Below, piece after piece: positions 20,784-30,807 of a stretch of DNA of 64,000 nucleotides; positions within the stretch are counted from its first letter, which is position 1, and every line of letters starts with the position of its first letter. The position numbers and the translations under genes are program-made. The stretch lies in assembly GCF_055900595.2 (NCBI RefSeq), contig NZ_CM148325.1. One strand, given 5' to 3'. A model generated the notes under the pieces. The model searched no databases, had not been told where the DNA came from, and was given only the letters and a program-made list of their open reading frames with translations.

Positions 20784-21539
20784 TCAGAACTTATAACCAC
20801 GATGCAGCGCCACAACCCCTGCCGTCAGGTTGTAATAGTCGACACTTTCGAATCCAGCATCCTGCATCATAGCTTTCAGGGTGTCCTGATCGGGATGCAT
20901 GCGGATAGATTCAGCAAGATAACGGTAGCTGTCAGCGTCGTTCGCGACCAGTGAGCCAATACGCGGCAGCACATGGAAGGAGTAAGCGTCATAGGCCTTA
21001 CTTAACGGCTCGATAATCGGCTTCGAGAACTCAAGCACCAGCAGTCGGCCGCCAGGTTTCAGAACGCGATACATTGAACGCAGAGCTTTATCTTTGTCAG
21101 TGACGTTACGCAGACCAAACGAAATGGTGATGCAATCAAAGGTGTTATCCGGGAACGGCAGCGCCTCAGCGTTCGCCTGAACATACTCAACGTTGCCAAT
21201 CACACCAATATTACGCAGCTTCTCGCGGCCCATTTTGAGCATGGATTCATTGATATCAGCAAGGACCACTTTGCCAGTTTCACCCACCAGGCGGGAGAAT
21301 TTCGCTGTCAGGTCGCCAGTACCGCCTGCCAGATCCAGCACGGTCTGCCCACGGCGTACGCCGCTGCAATCAATCGTGAAGCGTTTCCACAAACGATGTA
21401 TGCCAAAAGACATCAAATCATTCATGACATCGTATTTCGATGCCACGGAATGGAAAACGTGAGCGACCATATCCGCTTTTTGTTCCTTCGCGACGGTCTG
21501 AAAACCAAAGTGCGTCGTTTCTTGTGACTTATCCACCAT
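20784..21539 (-). CDS. ubiE: demethylmenaquinone / 2-methoxy-6-polyprenyl-benzoquinol C-methyltransferase
   Basis: 251 aa starting [30 protein letters not shown]…; SAM-binding motif LDLAGGTGD. Confidence 0.93.
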
Positions 21540-21633
21540 CTCAATGCCTGCTCATCAAAAAATTGTTCCAGAAGTGTAACAGATTGGGCGTCGATGCCCT
21601 AGATTTCTACCCGGCTTAACTACCCCCAATGGG

Positions 21634-23061
21634 CTAGCGCGACTGCTGATTATATTCATCATCGCGTTGATAAGCTTCATCATTCGGCTGCTCCGGAACC
21701 GACCGCAGTCGATACTCTTCATCCTGGCTCACCGCTTGTTCAGCCAAATCCGGATTAATCTCGCGTTTAATTTCTACCCCTAAACCGCGAAACGCTTCTG
21801 CTTGCGCCAGCACATTTCCGCGACCTGAAGAGAGTTTTTTCATTGCCTGACGATAGTTGTCCTGTGCTTTGTCCAGACTTTGACCAATCGCGGACATATC
21901 ATCGACAAACAAGCGCATTTTGTCGTACAACTTGCTGGCGCGATCGGCTATTTTCTGGGCGTTACGACTTTGATGCTCATAGCGCCAGAGGTTGGCGATA
22001 GTGCGCAGCGCCACCAGCAGCGTGGTCGGGCTAACCAGCATGATATTGTTTTTCAACGCTTCGGTGATCAGCTCCGGCTGGCGGTCAAGCGCCAGTAAAA
22101 AAGCGGGTTCAACGGGAATAAACATCAGCACGTAATCCAGGGTTCGCAGCCCCGGCAGCTGTTGATAATCTTTGCGTCCCAGCAAACGGATATGGTTACG
22201 CACCGACGCGATATGTTCCTGTAGCGCGCTTTCGCGGGTGTAGTCGTCTTCTGCGTTGAAATAGCGTTCATAGGCGACCAGCGTCATTTTTGCGTCGATC
22301 ACCACAACTTTGCCCTGCGGCAGCCGCACGATGACATCCGGCTGCATCCGCGAGCGGGCGTCATTTTCGATGCTGACCTGGGTTTCATATTCATACCCTT
22401 CACGCAGACCGGAAGCCTCCAGCACACGCGTCAATACTACCTCGCCCCAGTTGCCCTGGGTTTTATTGTCGCCTTTCAGCGCACGCGTCAGGTTGATCGC
22501 TTCCTGGGCCATTTGCGCGTTGAGCTGCTGGAGATTGCGTATTTCGTGAGTCAGGGTATGGCGTTCTTGTGCTTCTTTACCGAAACTGTCCTGAACCTGA
22601 CGACGAAAACCGTCCAGTTGTTCACGTAGTGGCGACAACAGGCTGTTCAGACTCTGACGGTTTTGCTCATCAACCCGGCGATTGCTGTGCTCGAAAATAC
22701 GGTTGGCGAGGTTTTCAAACTGCTCACTGAGGCGCTGTTCGCTGTTGATCATTTGGCGAATTTTATCGTCAGCATGTTGCTGTACGGCCTCCATTCGCGT
22801 GGTGACCTCACGCAGATCCGCCTCCAGCGAGGTGTTAATGCTTTGCAGACTGCGCACTTCATTATTGAGTAACTCGCACTCAGCACGCCAATGTTCGCTT
22901 TGGGTAATTTGTTGTTTTGCCGCACTTAACTCCGCGACCATCTCTTCACGTTCAGCGAATTGCTCGGCTTTTTGCTGCGCATGCTGATAACTGGCAATCA
23001 GCCAGCCAATCGCCACGCTCACCAACGCAATAACTGCGTAAACCATGATTGAGATATCCAC
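21634..23061 (-). CDS. rmuC: DNA recombination protein RmuC
   Basis: Coiled-coil protein with N-terminal TM segment; start placed at the GTG (VDISIMVYAVIALV…) giving 475 aa; the ORF is open up to 23154. Confidence 0.8.
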   Translation of the reverse strand: MDISIMVYAVIALVSVAIGWLIASYQHAQQKAEQFAEREEMVAELSAAKQQITQSEHWRAECELLNNEVRSLQSINTSLEADLREVTTRMEAVQQHADDKIRQMINSEQRLSEQFENLANRIFEHSNRRVDEQNRQSLNSLLSPLREQLDGFRRQVQDSFGKEAQERHTLTHEIRNLQQLNAQMAQEAINLTRALKGDNKTQGNWGEVVLTRVLEASGLREGYEYETQVSIENDARSRMQPDVIVRLPQGKVVVIDAKMTLVAYERYFNAEDDYTRESALQEHIASVRNHIRLLGRKDYQQLPGLRTLDYVLMFIPVEPAFLLALDRQPELITEALKNNIMLVSPTTLLVALRTIANLWRYEHQSRNAQKIADRASKLYDKMRLFVDDMSAIGQSLDKAQDNYRQAMKKLSSGRGNVLAQAEAFRGLGVEIKREINPDLAEQAVSQDEEYRLRSVPEQPNDEAYQRDDEYNQQSR

Positions 23062-23179
23062 AACGCCTCCAGCCTCATTACTTACCCGCACAAAATAGAA
23101 TTGTGCTGTACAAACGTCCAGTTTGAAAGAAGTTTCCTGCGAGGCGCTACGCAAAACGATCCTTAATTTTTATTATTTT

Positions 23180-23215
23180 ATCCCACAATATGAGACGTAG
23201 TTTATATTGTGGGAT
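23180..23215. promoter_or_regulatory. perfect 12-bp inverted repeat (ATCCCACAATAT-N12-ATATTGTGGGAT), candidate operator
   Basis: Arms at 23180-23191 and 23204-23215 are exact reverse complements; located about 60 bp upstream of the IclR-family regulator ATG. Confidence 0.5.
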
Positions 23216-23276
23216 ATATCACCTTTTCCCCACGTCATTATGTGGAACACTTCAGCAATATCATCAGGAGAAACGT

Positions 23277-24044
23277 ATGGCAGATACCTCTTCAACCACC
23301 GCTGGCGCACAAACGTTATTACGCGGGCTGGCGGTTCTTAATGCTGTTTATAACGGCTGCCATGACCTGAAAAGTATCGGCGAGTTCACCGGCACGACCC
23401 GGAGCACAACCCATCGTTTAGTCACCGTTCTGGTGGAACAACGCTACCTGCGCCACGTCCCAACGCAGGGCTACCAACTGGGCGCCAAACTGATCGAATT
23501 CGGTGCCAGAGCACTGGAAAGCACCTCGCTGTACGAAGTTGCGCTGCCCGTTTTGCAGCGTCTGGCCCGTTACACCCTGGACACCGTGCATCTGGGGATC
23601 GTTGAAGGCGGCGAAGTGCTGTATCTGGAGAAGATCAACAGTCAGCGTGGGCTGGAAATGCGCTCACGCCCAGGCCATCGCATGCCACTGGCAATCACCG
23701 GCATCGGCAAGGCATTGATCCTCAACCGAACAGAAGAAGAGTGGCGCACGCTGTTTAAGACCTGTGGTGATGAAACAAAACTGGGCACATTTATTCAGAA
23801 CATGCGTCGTTATGCCGCCAGTGGTTTTGCTTTTGATCTGGAAGAGAACGAGCCGACTATCCGTTGCGTTGCAGCGCCGGTTTACAACGCCCGGGATGAA
23901 ATTGTGGCGGCTATTTCTGTCGCCAGTACCACTACGTATATGTCACTGGCGCGTCTGGAAGAACTGGCACCTTACGTCAAATCCTGTGCAGAAGAGATAT
24001 CCGCTGAACTGGGCTGGGGTAAGCACGTCCACAAAAATAAATAA
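23277..24044 (+). CDS. IclR-family transcriptional regulator
   Basis: 255 aa from MADTSSTTAGAQTLLRGLAVLNAV…; N-terminal wHTH and C-terminal effector domain pattern of IclR/KdgR-like regulators; RBS AGGAGA upstream of ATG 23277. Confidence 0.75.
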   Translation: MADTSSTTAGAQTLLRGLAVLNAVYNGCHDLKSIGEFTGTTRSTTHRLVTVLVEQRYLRHVPTQGYQLGAKLIEFGARALESTSLYEVALPVLQRLARYTLDTVHLGIVEGGEVLYLEKINSQRGLEMRSRPGHRMPLAITGIGKALILNRTEEEWRTLFKTCGDETKLGTFIQNMRRYAASGFAFDLEENEPTIRCVAAPVYNARDEIVAAISVASTTTYMSLARLEELAPYVKSCAEEISAELGWGKHVHKNK

Positions 24045-24067
24045 ACCATGACTAAAGGAAACGGCTA

Positions 24068-25072
24068 ATGTCGGGAAACACCTCATTTATTGCCCTGGAC
24101 TGGGGAACGTCATCGCTTCGGGCATGGCGTTTTGGCGACTCACCCAATCCACAAGAAAAACGTGAATTCCCGTGGGGGATCATGAAATTACCCTCCCAGG
24201 CAGCAACACGTGAGGACGCTTTCCACGATACGTTTTTACGTGTCTGCGGCGACTGGCTGGCACAATCCCAATGCCCGGTTCTGGCTTGCGGCATGATCGG
24301 CAGTGCGCAAGGGTGGCAACCCGCAGCTTATTTACCTTGCCCGGTCACTCTCGAGGGTCTGGCAAAGCAGTTGACGCCTGTTATCTACCAGCAGCAGACA
24401 ATGCTGCACATCATTCCCGGCGTGATTAAAGAAGGTGAAATGCCCGAAGTGATGCGTGGCGAAGAGACACAAATCTTCGGTGCTATCTCGATGGAACCGG
24501 CCCTGCAAAACGCGATCCGCCAGGGTATGCCTGTGCTGATTGGCTTACCTGGCACACATGCGAAATGGGCGGTAGTTGAAAACAACACCATTACCGATTT
24601 CCGAACCTTTATGACAGGCGAGTTATTTGATGTTTTATCCCGCCATTCGATTCTCGGTGCCACCATGCGTTCGGGAGATGAACCGCACTGGGATGCCTTC
24701 ACCCATGGGCTGAAATCAGCACAAGAGCATCATCAGACCGGATTATTATCGACGCTGTTTTCGACCCGTTCGCGCCTGCTGACCAGTAATCTTACGCCGT
24801 CCTCGCAGGGGGATTACCTTTCAGGATTACTGATAGGCCATGAATTATGCGGTCTGGCATCCAGTTTGCTACGTGATTTACCCGCCACAACACCGATCGC
24901 CTTAATCGGTAGCGCCACTCTGAACAGCCGCTATTCACAAGCATTCAGCCACGTTTTTCCCGACAGACAGCTACACGCCATTCCTAATGCCACTGAACAG
25001 GGGTTATGGCGAATCGCCCACGCTGCCGGGCTACTCTCCACCAACGCCAGGGAATGTACTCATGCCATTTAA
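24068..25072 (+). CDS. 2-dehydro-3-deoxygalactonokinase-like sugar-acid kinase (DgoK family)
   Basis: 334 aa; blocks shared with E. coli DgoK as recalled: IALDWGTSSLRAW, MRGEETQIFGA, PGTHAKWAVV, DFRTFMTGELFDVLSRHSILGA, SGLLIG. Confidence 0.7.
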   Translation: MSGNTSFIALDWGTSSLRAWRFGDSPNPQEKREFPWGIMKLPSQAATREDAFHDTFLRVCGDWLAQSQCPVLACGMIGSAQGWQPAAYLPCPVTLEGLAKQLTPVIYQQQTMLHIIPGVIKEGEMPEVMRGEETQIFGAISMEPALQNAIRQGMPVLIGLPGTHAKWAVVENNTITDFRTFMTGELFDVLSRHSILGATMRSGDEPHWDAFTHGLKSAQEHHQTGLLSTLFSTRSRLLTSNLTPSSQGDYLSGLLIGHELCGLASSLLRDLPATTPIALIGSATLNSRYSQAFSHVFPDRQLHAIPNATEQGLWRIAHAAGLLSTNARECTHAI

Positions 25073-25691
25073 TACGCTTTTGCAAAAAACCGGGTTAGTC
25101 GCCATTTTACGCGGCGTGAAACCGGATGAGATTGTCGCCATCGGTGAAAAGCTGTATGCCGCTGGATTTCGCCTGATTGAGATTCCCATGAACTCGCCGG
25201 AGCCGTTGCAAAGTATCAGTTTACTGCGCGACGCCCTGCCTAAGGACTGCCTGGTCGGAGCCGGAACTGTGCTTTCGGTGGAGCAAGTCGTCGCGGTTAA
25301 AGAGGCTGGAGGCCAGATTATCGTAATGCCGCATTGCGATACTGCGGTGATCCGTCGTGCCCGTGCGCTGGGTATGTATTGTGCGCCTGGCGTCGCTACG
25401 CCCACCGAAGCTTTTGCTGCCATTGAACATGGCGCCAATGCCATCAAGCTGTTCCCGGCTGAACAAATTACGCCTGAAGTCACCAAAGCCTGGCGTGCGG
25501 TTATTCCACAATCCGTTCCGATGTTACCGGTTGGCGGTATCACTCCAGACACAATGGCGCGTTATCTGAGCCACGGCGCAAACGGCTTTGGCCTCGGTTC
25601 TGCGCTATATCGCCCCGGCATGACGCCAGAGCAAGTCTATGAAAATGCAGTACTGTTTATGAACGCATGGAACAATTTAAATAGCAAATAA
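25062..25691 (+). CDS. KDPG/KDPGal-type class I aldolase (DgoA/Eda family)
   Basis: 209 aa from MPFNTLLQKTGLVAILRGVKPDE…; LIEIPMNSP, GAGTVLSVEQV and VGGITPD blocks parallel DgoA; overlaps the kinase stop by 11 bp. Confidence 0.7.
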   Translation: MPFNTLLQKTGLVAILRGVKPDEIVAIGEKLYAAGFRLIEIPMNSPEPLQSISLLRDALPKDCLVGAGTVLSVEQVVAVKEAGGQIIVMPHCDTAVIRRARALGMYCAPGVATPTEAFAAIEHGANAIKLFPAEQITPEVTKAWRAVIPQSVPMLPVGGITPDTMARYLSHGANGFGLGSALYRPGMTPEQVYENAVLFMNAWNNLNSK

Positions 25692-25715
25692 CTGATAAAT
25701 AAGGATATAAAAGCA

Positions 25716-26690
25716 ATGATAAAACATCTTACCTTACCGAAAAAAATGGCTGCAATGGTACTTCTTGCCGGCGCTGCCCTCAGCACTGCGCCTGTGCAGG
25801 CGGCCTCCTGGCCAACCAAACAGATCGAGTTAGTCGTACCCTACGCGGCCGGAGGCGGTACGGATCTGGTTGCCCGTGCCTTTGCTGATGCCGCCAAAAA
25901 CCATTTGCCCGTCAGCATCGGGGTTATCAATAAACCTGGCGGTGGCGGCGCTATCGGCCTGAGTGAAATCGCCGCTGCCCGCCCTAACGGTTACAAAATG
26001 GGTTTAGGCACGGTTGAACTGACCACCCTTCCCAGTCTCGGAATGGTGCGTTTTAAAACCAGCGACTTTAAACCCATTGCCCGTCTGAATGCGGATCCGG
26101 CTGCTATCACCGTCCGTGCCGATGCACCGTGGAATAGCTATGAAGAATTTATGACTTACGCCAAAGCGAATCCCGGAAAAGTACGCATTGGTAACTCAGG
26201 CACCGGAGCAATCTGGCATCTGGCGGCAGCTGCACTGGAAGACAAAACGGGCGTGAAGTTTTCTCATGTCCCATATGACGGCGCAGCCCCTGCCATTACA
26301 GGCCTGTTAGGCGGGCATATTGAAGCGGTTTCCGTAAGCCCAGGTGAAGTTATCAATCATGTGAAAGGCGGCAAGCTGAAGACACTGGTAGTGATGGCGG
26401 ATGAACATATGAAAACCATGCCTGACGTACCGACGTTAAAAGAGAAAGGCGTTGATCTCTCCATCGGCACCTGGCGCGGCCTGATTGTGTCGCAAAAAAC
26501 GCCGCAGGATGTGGTGGATGTTCTGGCAAAGGCAGCAAAAGAGACGGCTGAAGAGCCTGCATTCCAGGATGCGCTGCAAAAGTTGAATCTCAACTATGCA
26601 TGGCTTGATGGTGCCAGCTTCCAGACCCAAATCAACGAGCAGGAAAAGTACTTTGACGAGCTGCTGACTCGCCTGGGCCTGAAAAAATAA
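25716..26690 (+). CDS. tripartite tricarboxylate transporter (TTT) periplasmic substrate-binding protein, TctC/Bug family
   Basis: 324 aa; signal peptide MIKHLTLPKKMAAMVLLAGAALSTAPVQA; family assignment from overall sequence character and the adjacent TctB/TctA-like genes. Confidence 0.7.
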   Translation: MIKHLTLPKKMAAMVLLAGAALSTAPVQAASWPTKQIELVVPYAAGGGTDLVARAFADAAKNHLPVSIGVINKPGGGGAIGLSEIAAARPNGYKMGLGTVELTTLPSLGMVRFKTSDFKPIARLNADPAAITVRADAPWNSYEEFMTYAKANPGKVRIGNSGTGAIWHLAAAALEDKTGVKFSHVPYDGAAPAITGLLGGHIEAVSVSPGEVINHVKGGKLKTLVVMADEHMKTMPDVPTLKEKGVDLSIGTWRGLIVSQKTPQDVVDVLAKAAKETAEEPAFQDALQKLNLNYAWLDGASFQTQINEQEKYFDELLTRLGLKK

Positions 26691-26706
26691 TCCCGAGGTA
26701 CGGTCG

Positions 26707-27213
26707 ATGAACACAAAACAGTCTGTTGCTCAACTCGCCGTACCGCACCGCAAGCGCCTTTCATCCACTGTGGTGGTGGCGCTGTTACTTTGTGTGGTTG
26801 CTGGCGCGGTGATAATTAATGCCGCTGATTTTCCAGCAACTGCCATTGAAACGGATCCCGGTGCAAGTGCCTTCCCTACTTTCTATGCCTGCGCTCTGAT
26901 TGTGCTCGCTGTCTTACTTGTGATACGCGATCTTTTGCTGGCAAAACCAGTCCCTTGCGCCAACGCACAGGAAAAACCGGCATTCAGGAAAACGGCAACA
27001 GGAATTGCGGCAACCGCGTTTTATATCGTGGCAATGAGCTACTGCGGTTATCTCATTACTACTCCTGTTTTCCTCATCGTCATTATGGCATTGATGGGCT
27101 ACAGGCGATGGGTACTCACACCGGGTATTGCGCTGCTGTTAACGGCAATCCTCTGGTTGCTGTTTGTCGAAGCGTTACAGGTGCCATTGCCTGTCGGCAC
27201 ATTTTTCGAATAA
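26707..27213 (+). CDS. TTT small membrane subunit (TctB-like)
   Basis: 168-aa hydrophobic four-TM-type protein between the TctC-like and TctA-like genes. Confidence 0.6.
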   Translation: MNTKQSVAQLAVPHRKRLSSTVVVALLLCVVAGAVIINAADFPATAIETDPGASAFPTFYACALIVLAVLLVIRDLLLAKPVPCANAQEKPAFRKTATGIAATAFYIVAMSYCGYLITTPVFLIVIMALMGYRRWVLTPGIALLLTAILWLLFVEALQVPLPVGTFFE

Positions 27214-27225
27214 CAGGGGCCTGCA

Positions 27226-28716
27226 ATGTTTGAAAGTGAACTTTTAACTCAGGGGTTTTCGACATTACTCAGTAATCCTCAGGCGCTGCTGTTTGCCACG
27301 TTTGGAGTGATGCTGGGTATTATGATTGGCGCTCTGCCTGGCCTGACAGCGACCATGGGTGTGGCGATTTTGCTGCCTTTCACCTACGGCATGGAGCCTG
27401 TTTCTGGCTTGTTGATGATTTGCGGTGTCTTTTTTGGTGGTGTGTATGGTGGTTCTATCACCGCAATTTTGCTCAAAATTCCCGGTACGCCTGCCGCCGC
27501 TGCCACCGCCATTGACGGATATGAGCTGACGAAGCAGGGAAAAGCCGGGCTGGCGTTAAGTGCCGCCACGTTCTCTTCTTTTAGCGGTGGAACGCTCAGC
27601 ATTATCGTATTGATGTTTCTCTCTCCGGTACTTGCCAGTTGGGCGTTGAAATTTAGTGCCTCGGAGTCCTTCGCCCTGGCAACCTTCGGACTGAGCATTA
27701 TTGCCAGTATTTCCGGTGAGTCACTGATTAAAGGGCTGATTGCCGGGGTTGGCGGATTGCTTATCGCAACGATAGGCCTTGATCCAATGGGCGGTTTTCC
27801 ACGCTTTACAGGTGGATTTGTGGAGCTGATGAATGTGCCATTTATCCCGGTGATGATTGGTTTATTTGCTGCTTCAGAAGCATTCCGCTCTATGGAGCAA
27901 AACCAGCAAATTCGTCAGGGGGCGAAGGTGGCTATCGGCAGTCTGTTACTGCCCTGGCAAACACTACGCCGCATCGCATTAACCATTTTGCGCTCATCAG
28001 GATTAGGGGTTTTTATCGGCATGATCCCCGGTGCGGGGGCAGATATTGCAGCTTTTGTTGCCTATAACGAAACTCGTCGTTTCAGTAAGACGCCTGAAAA
28101 CTTTGGTAAGGGTGAGATTAAGGCGGTGGCCTCCTGTGAGGCAGGCGCGAATGGCTGCACCGGTGGCGCATTGTTACCTATGCTGACGTTGGGGATCCCA
28201 GGCGATGCGGTAACTGCCATCATGCTGGGCGCGTTAACGTTACAAGGGATGCAGCCAGGCCCACTTATGTTTACCGACCACGGCGATATGGTTTATACGC
28301 TGTTTGTCGGCATGATCTTTTGTTACTTCATGCTGCTAGTTCTTGGACTGCTCTCTTTGAAAGTCATCGGTAACGTGGTGAAGATCCCCGGCAATATTCT
28401 CACGCCGATGATCCTCGCACTTTGTGTGGTCGGGACTTATGCGCTGAACAATAGCCTGTTTGATGTTGGCATTATGCTGATTGCAGGCGTGGTGGGCTAT
28501 TTCATGCAAAAAGGGGGGTATCCGGCATCACCCGTAGTGCTGGCATTGATTATGGGGCCAATGGCGGAAAGTAATTTTCGCCGTGCGCTGTCGCTTTCTG
28601 GTGGGTCACTCGACTTTCTGTATACCCGACCGATAACCCTGGCATTGCTGACACTGGCAGCCTTTACGCTACTGACGCCAATAATACGCAAAATTATGCG
28701 CTTACGGCGTCAGTAA
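27226..28716 (+). CDS. TTT large permease subunit (TctA-like)
   Basis: 496-aa polytopic membrane protein; glycine-rich blocks typical of TctA. Confidence 0.7.
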   Translation: MFESELLTQGFSTLLSNPQALLFATFGVMLGIMIGALPGLTATMGVAILLPFTYGMEPVSGLLMICGVFFGGVYGGSITAILLKIPGTPAAAATAIDGYELTKQGKAGLALSAATFSSFSGGTLSIIVLMFLSPVLASWALKFSASESFALATFGLSIIASISGESLIKGLIAGVGGLLIATIGLDPMGGFPRFTGGFVELMNVPFIPVMIGLFAASEAFRSMEQNQQIRQGAKVAIGSLLLPWQTLRRIALTILRSSGLGVFIGMIPGAGADIAAFVAYNETRRFSKTPENFGKGEIKAVASCEAGANGCTGGALLPMLTLGIPGDAVTAIMLGALTLQGMQPGPLMFTDHGDMVYTLFVGMIFCYFMLLVLGLLSLKVIGNVVKIPGNILTPMILALCVVGTYALNNSLFDVGIMLIAGVVGYFMQKGGYPASPVVLALIMGPMAESNFRRALSLSGGSLDFLYTRPITLALLTLAAFTLLTPIIRKIMRLRRQ

Positions 28717-28770
28717 TTGATATCGCTCCCCGACGTTGGGGAGTATGAGACTGATGACAAACGCTAAATT

Positions 28771-28868
28771 GCCTGATGCGCTGCGCTTATCAGGCCTACC
28801 ACAGAAATGCAATATATTGAATTTGCATGCTTTTGTAGGCCGGATAAGGCGATCACGCCGCATCCGGC
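28771..28868. repeat. REP palindromic unit pair
   Basis: GCCTGATGCGCTGCGCTTATCAGGCCTAC … GTAGGCCGGATAAGGCGATCACGCCGCATCCGGC. Confidence 0.75.
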
Positions 28869-28895
28869 ATGAACAAAGCACACGTTAACAACAAT

Positions 28896-28930
28896 CGGAA
28901 TGCTCCCCTAAGCCAGGGAGCGTTTTTTAT
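28896..28930 (+). terminator. rho-independent terminator after the transporter operon
   Basis: GCTCCCCtaagccaGGGAGCG followed by TTTTTTATTT. Confidence 0.55.
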
Positions 28931-29691
28931 TTCAGCAGACGACGCGCCGCTTCCACCACGATTTTCACCGCATGGCTTTCGGTTTGTTTCATCGTCTCAG
29001 CATTCGGGATCTCTTGTTGGGTACGATTGACGATAACGCCCGCCACCATACCGGCACGAAGGCCCTGGCTTGCACACATGGTCAGCAGGGTTGCAGATTC
29101 CATTTCATAGTTCATTACGCCCATCGCCTGCCACTCTTCCATAGAACCTTTAAAGTGACGAACTACGCGACCAGAGTAAGTATCGTAACGTTCCTGACCT
29201 GGGTAGAAGGTATCAGAAGAAGCCGTCACGCCAACGTGAGTCGTCGCGCCGATGGATTTCGCAGCCTCAACCAGCGCGGTCGTACATTCGAAATCAGCGA
29301 CAGCCGGGAATTCCAGCGGTGCGAAGTGCAGGCTCGCGCCATCCAGACGAACAGACGCCGTGGTAACCAGGACATCGCCAACATTAATATGCGGCTGAAT
29401 AGCGCCCGTTGTACCGATACGCAGGAAGGTGCGAATGCCCAGCTGTGCCAGCTCTTCAACTGCAATAGAGGTAGACGGGCCGCCGATACCGGTAGAGCAG
29501 ACGATAACAGGTTTACCATCCAGCTCTGCACGCCAGGTGGTGAATTCGCGGTGAGATGCCAGCTTAACCGGCTTATCCATCAGCGCGGCGATCTTTTCCA
29601 CACGATCCGGGTCGCCAGGGACGATGGCAAGCGTAGCCCCTTGTAAATCGTTTTTAGTGAGGCCGAGATGAAAAACATCAGACTTGGACAT
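28927..29691 (-). CDS. udp: uridine phosphorylase
   Basis: 253 aa from [31 protein letters not shown]…; the ORF-track first codon is a TTG two codons upstream. Confidence 0.92.
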   Translation of the reverse strand: MSKSDVFHLGLTKNDLQGATLAIVPGDPDRVEKIAALMDKPVKLASHREFTTWRAELDGKPVIVCSTGIGGPSTSIAVEELAQLGIRTFLRIGTTGAIQPHINVGDVLVTTASVRLDGASLHFAPLEFPAVADFECTTALVEAAKSIGATTHVGVTASSDTFYPGQERYDTYSGRVVRHFKGSMEEWQAMGVMNYEMESATLLTMCASQGLRAGMVAGVIVNRTQQEIPNAETMKQTESHAVKIVVEAARRLLK

Positions 29692-29952
29692 ATACAACTC
29701 CTCTGTGAATCGGTTTAGTCAGAAGAAGCAAAAAGACACTTTACCGAAGGGTTTAACATTTTTTCGTGACACTCATCACCTTGATGCAAATGCGTTGCAT
29801 AAATTTACCCAGCAAAAGTGATGCGAATCACATAAATCACTCTTCATTCTGCATGACTGCATAAAAGATGAGCCGATTCAGGCAATGTGATTTGTTGCAT
29901 GCTGACTATAGTTAACATTGCGCAACATTTTTATAAGGGTACGGAGAATACC

Positions 29953-30768
29953 ATGGCAACAACACAACAATCTGGATTTGCACCTGCTGCATCACCTCTC
30001 GCTTCGACCATCGTTCAGACCCCGGATGACGCGATTGTAGCAGGCATCACCTCTATCCCTTCACAAGGGGATAACATGCCTGCTTACCATGCCAGACCAA
30101 AGCAGAGCGATGGCCTACTACCAGTGGTCATTGTAGTGCAGGAAATTTTTGGCGTGCATGAACATATCCGCGATATTTGTCGCCGTCTGGCGCTGGAGGG
30201 GTATCTGGCTATCGCACCTGAACTTTACTTCCGCGAAGGCGATCCGAATGATTTTGCCGATATCCCTACGCTGCTTAGCGGTCTGGTAGCAAAAGTGCCT
30301 GACTCGCAGGTGCTGGCCGATCTCGATCATGTCGCCAGTTGGGCGTCACGCAACGGCGGCGATGTTCATCGCTTAATGATCACCGGATTTTGCTGGGGTG
30401 GGCGCATCACCTGGCTGTATGCTGCGCATAATCCACAACTGAAAGCAGCGGTGGCATGGTACGGCAAATTAACCGGCGATAAGACGCTGAATTCACCGAA
30501 ACAACCTGTTGATATCGCAACCGATCTTAACGCTCCGGTTCTCGGCTTATATGGCGGCCAGGATAACAGCATTCCGCAGGAGAGCGTTGAAACCATGCGC
30601 CAGGCGCTGCGGGCTGCTAATGCGAAAGCAGAGATTATCGTCTACCCGGATGCCGGGCATGCATTCAACGCCGATTATCGCCCGAGCTATCATGCCGAAT
30701 CTGCGAAAGATGGCTGGCAGCGAATGCTGGAGTGGTTCAGGCTGTATGGTGGGAAGAAGTCGCTGTAA
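29953..30768 (+). CDS. ysgA: dienelactone hydrolase-family protein
   Basis: 271 aa from [14 protein letters not shown]…; alpha/beta-hydrolase with nucleophile in GFCWGG; RBS ACGGAG. Confidence 0.8.
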   Translation: MATTQQSGFAPAASPLASTIVQTPDDAIVAGITSIPSQGDNMPAYHARPKQSDGLLPVVIVVQEIFGVHEHIRDICRRLALEGYLAIAPELYFREGDPNDFADIPTLLSGLVAKVPDSQVLADLDHVASWASRNGGDVHRLMITGFCWGGRITWLYAAHNPQLKAAVAWYGKLTGDKTLNSPKQPVDIATDLNAPVLGLYGGQDNSIPQESVETMRQALRAANAKAEIIVYPDAGHAFNADYRPSYHAESAKDGWQRMLEWFRLYGGKKSL

Positions 30769-30776
30769 TGAGAAAA

Positions 30777-30806
30777 GACCGGGTGGTATTACCACCCGGT
30801 TTGGAT
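30777..30806. terminator. bidirectional terminator between convergent ysgA and metE
   Basis: GACCGGGTGGTattACCACCCGGT with T-rich runs on both strands. Confidence 0.6.
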
Positions 30807-30807
30807 T

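Noticed and set aside
28972-29646. 224-aa plus-strand ORF
   Set aside because: Antisense to udp.
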